Positions 61,891 through 64,000 of a stretch of 64,000 bases of DNA are shown here, piece after piece (within the stretch, counting starts at the first letter, position 1; each line of letters begins with the position of its first letter). Both the position numbers and the translations under genes were made by a program. The DNA comes from Octopus sinensis. Lineage: Eukaryota. The stretch spans positions 198,028,001-198,092,000 of the forward strand of contig NC_042998.1 in assembly GCF_006345805.1 (NCBI RefSeq). The letters are read 5' to 3'. The notes beneath the pieces were generated by a model, which saw nothing but the letters and a program-made list of their open reading frames with translations, did not search any database and was not told the DNA's origin.

Positions 61891-62049
61891 TATATACATA
61901 TTAGAGGGAAACCACTATGTGGACACCCTTATGCTAGAAACAGATCTGCTATGGTCTTACCACTAAGAAATTTTTTAGCGGTAAGACCATAGCGGATCTA
62001 TTTCTAGCATAGGGTGTCCACATAGTGGTTTCCCTCTAATATGTATATA
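61891..62049. repeat. ~160-bp palindrome (~75-bp arms)
   Basis: ATTAGAGGGAAACCACTATGTGGACACC...GGTGTCCACATAGTGGTTTCCCTCTAAT. Confidence 0.9.
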
Positions 62050-62059
62050 TATATCTCTT

Positions 62060-62248
62060 TTCTCTTTCTCTTTTACTTGTTTCAGTCATTTGACTGCAGC
62101 CATGCTGGAGCACCGCCTTTAATCGAGCAAATTGACCCCGGGACTTATTCTTTGTAAGCCCAGTACTTATTCTACCAGTCTCTTTTGCCGAACCGCTAAG
62201 TGACGGGGACATAAACACACCAGCATCAGTTGTCAAGCAATGCTAGGG

Positions 62249-62290
<42 letters not shown>

Positions 62291-62563
62291 GACGGTTCGA
62301 TCTGGCTTCCCAGATCCCCAGTCGAACCGTCCAACCCATGCTAGCATGGAGAACGGACGTTAAACGATGATGATGATGATGATGATGATGATATATATAC
62401 GACAGGCTTCTTTCAGTTTCCGTCTACCAAATCCACTCACAAGGCATTGGTCGGCCCGAGGCTATAGCAGAAGACACTTGCCCAAGATGCCACGCAGTGG
62501 GACTGAACCCAGAACCATGTGGTTGGTTAGCAAGCTACTTACCACACAGCCACTCCTGCGCCT
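62060..62563 (-). mobile_element. SINE-C with a short RTE tail (62291-62390, + strand) nested in its internal microsatellite
   Basis: SINE halves at 62060-62250 and 62395-62563. Confidence 0.85.
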
Positions 62564-62920
62564 ATATATATATATATACACATATATACATACACACATA
62601 CATATTTCCACACACATATACACATGCCTATATATGTGTGTATATATGCATATGTGTGTATACAGATACTCACACACGCAAACATAGATATATCCTTACA
62701 TATATACATTCAAATGTTCCTGTTTACACAGACATAGATAACAATATAATTAATTGGTGATTAAGCTACAATTGATCTTGGAAGAGATATTCATGCATTT
62801 AATTTGATGCAGACAGAAACGGAGACTTCAGTAATAAAGATTATATGGGATGGTCACAGTTGGGTCTTATTTGATTGTTTGATTTTTGACTGAGGAGTGG
62901 ATAAACAACTTCAATGACAA

Positions 62921-62986
<66 letters not shown>

Positions 62987-63704
62987 TTACTACTACTACT
63001 ACTATTACTACTACTACTAACTACTTCTAACTTTGCTTCATGATATGGCTGTGTGGTTAATGAAGATGGTGATGATGATGTTGATGATAATGATAATGAC
63101 AACAATGACAATGATAATAGCAAATGGTTATAATAACATAGTAATATTCAATATTGACTAAATTTATTCATTTGACTAAATTGTTTGAGAAAGAAACCAA
63201 TTTATTAATTATTATTTTTTTTTTTTAATATCTGTCAAATTATATTAAAATATCCCACTCCATTCATTGCTGTTTTTTTTGTCTAGTGTTTCCCCCCACC
63301 TCCACCACCGTATTCTATATTACCTTAGATCACTACTACTACTACTACTACTACTACTACCAATAATAACAACAATACCACCACCACTGCCCATAACAAA
63401 ACCTAGCTTCAGCTAATTACATCATTTACATAATTTGAGAATTCATCTGAAACCAATTAAAATCATTAATATTCAAAACATTTGATAGTCTTCTTGAAAT
63501 GTAGTATGGATGGAGAAGGGAGTATTTGAGGTGGTAGTGGTAGTAGTAGTAGTAGCAGTAGTAGTAGTTGTTATTGTTGTTGTTGTTGTTGTTGTAGTAG
63601 TCGTAATTGTCGGGTTTCTTACTGTAATTCATGGTAATTGCCATAGTTATAGCTGTTGCAGCTTTTATTGTTGCGTGTGTTTGTTGTTTTAATTATCGTT
63701 ACCG

Positions 63705-63745
<41 letters not shown>

Positions 63746-64000
63746 TACATACTCACACACACGCACACATTTATTTATTCCTTGAAATTAAATGAAATTA
63801 TGCTGCATTTCAAAAGTTTTAATTCAATCGCATTTTGGCAGAGGACATATGGCCAGCTTCCAAACTTCCCATAATGTTAAAGTATCCAGTTTCAATTTTA
63901 AAAGGGTATACATGATCTTAGTAACCACCATCATCTCCACATCACCTCTTCAATCACCACGGCCACTGCTACCTACATATCATCATCATCTCCATCAACA

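Overview
AT-rich, microsatellite-dense animal genomic DNA. The repeat families look like those of an octopus/cephalopod, but that is an inference. Much of the window is intronic: two in-frame minus-strand exons of an NPDC1/CAB-1 homologue (32309-32473 and 3180-3279) are joined by a ~29 kb intron. The rest is layered mobile DNA. It includes a 5'-truncated, frameshifted RTE LINE (6169-9039) whose reverse transcriptase carries an in-frame PHD-finger-like insertion, and about 20 dispersed copies of that LINE's 3' UTR with variable core/spacer arrays. There are also several tRNA-derived SINE families, two non-autonomous Helitrons, Tc1/mariner and piggyBac-type elements, a probable solo LTR, and a tRNA-Asp body with a GTT anticodon. 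The strongest lead for an undescribed system is a set of minimal type-I hammerhead ribozyme motifs of the Penelope/retrozyme kind between 42 and 60 kb. Two have intact cores, one family has a variant core, one pair sits back-to-back in a 150-bp-arm palindrome, and one lies inside a tRNA-headed SINE. Most of their carriers run into (TA)n tracts at the 3' end. All calls were made by eye; no database searches or folding programs were run.
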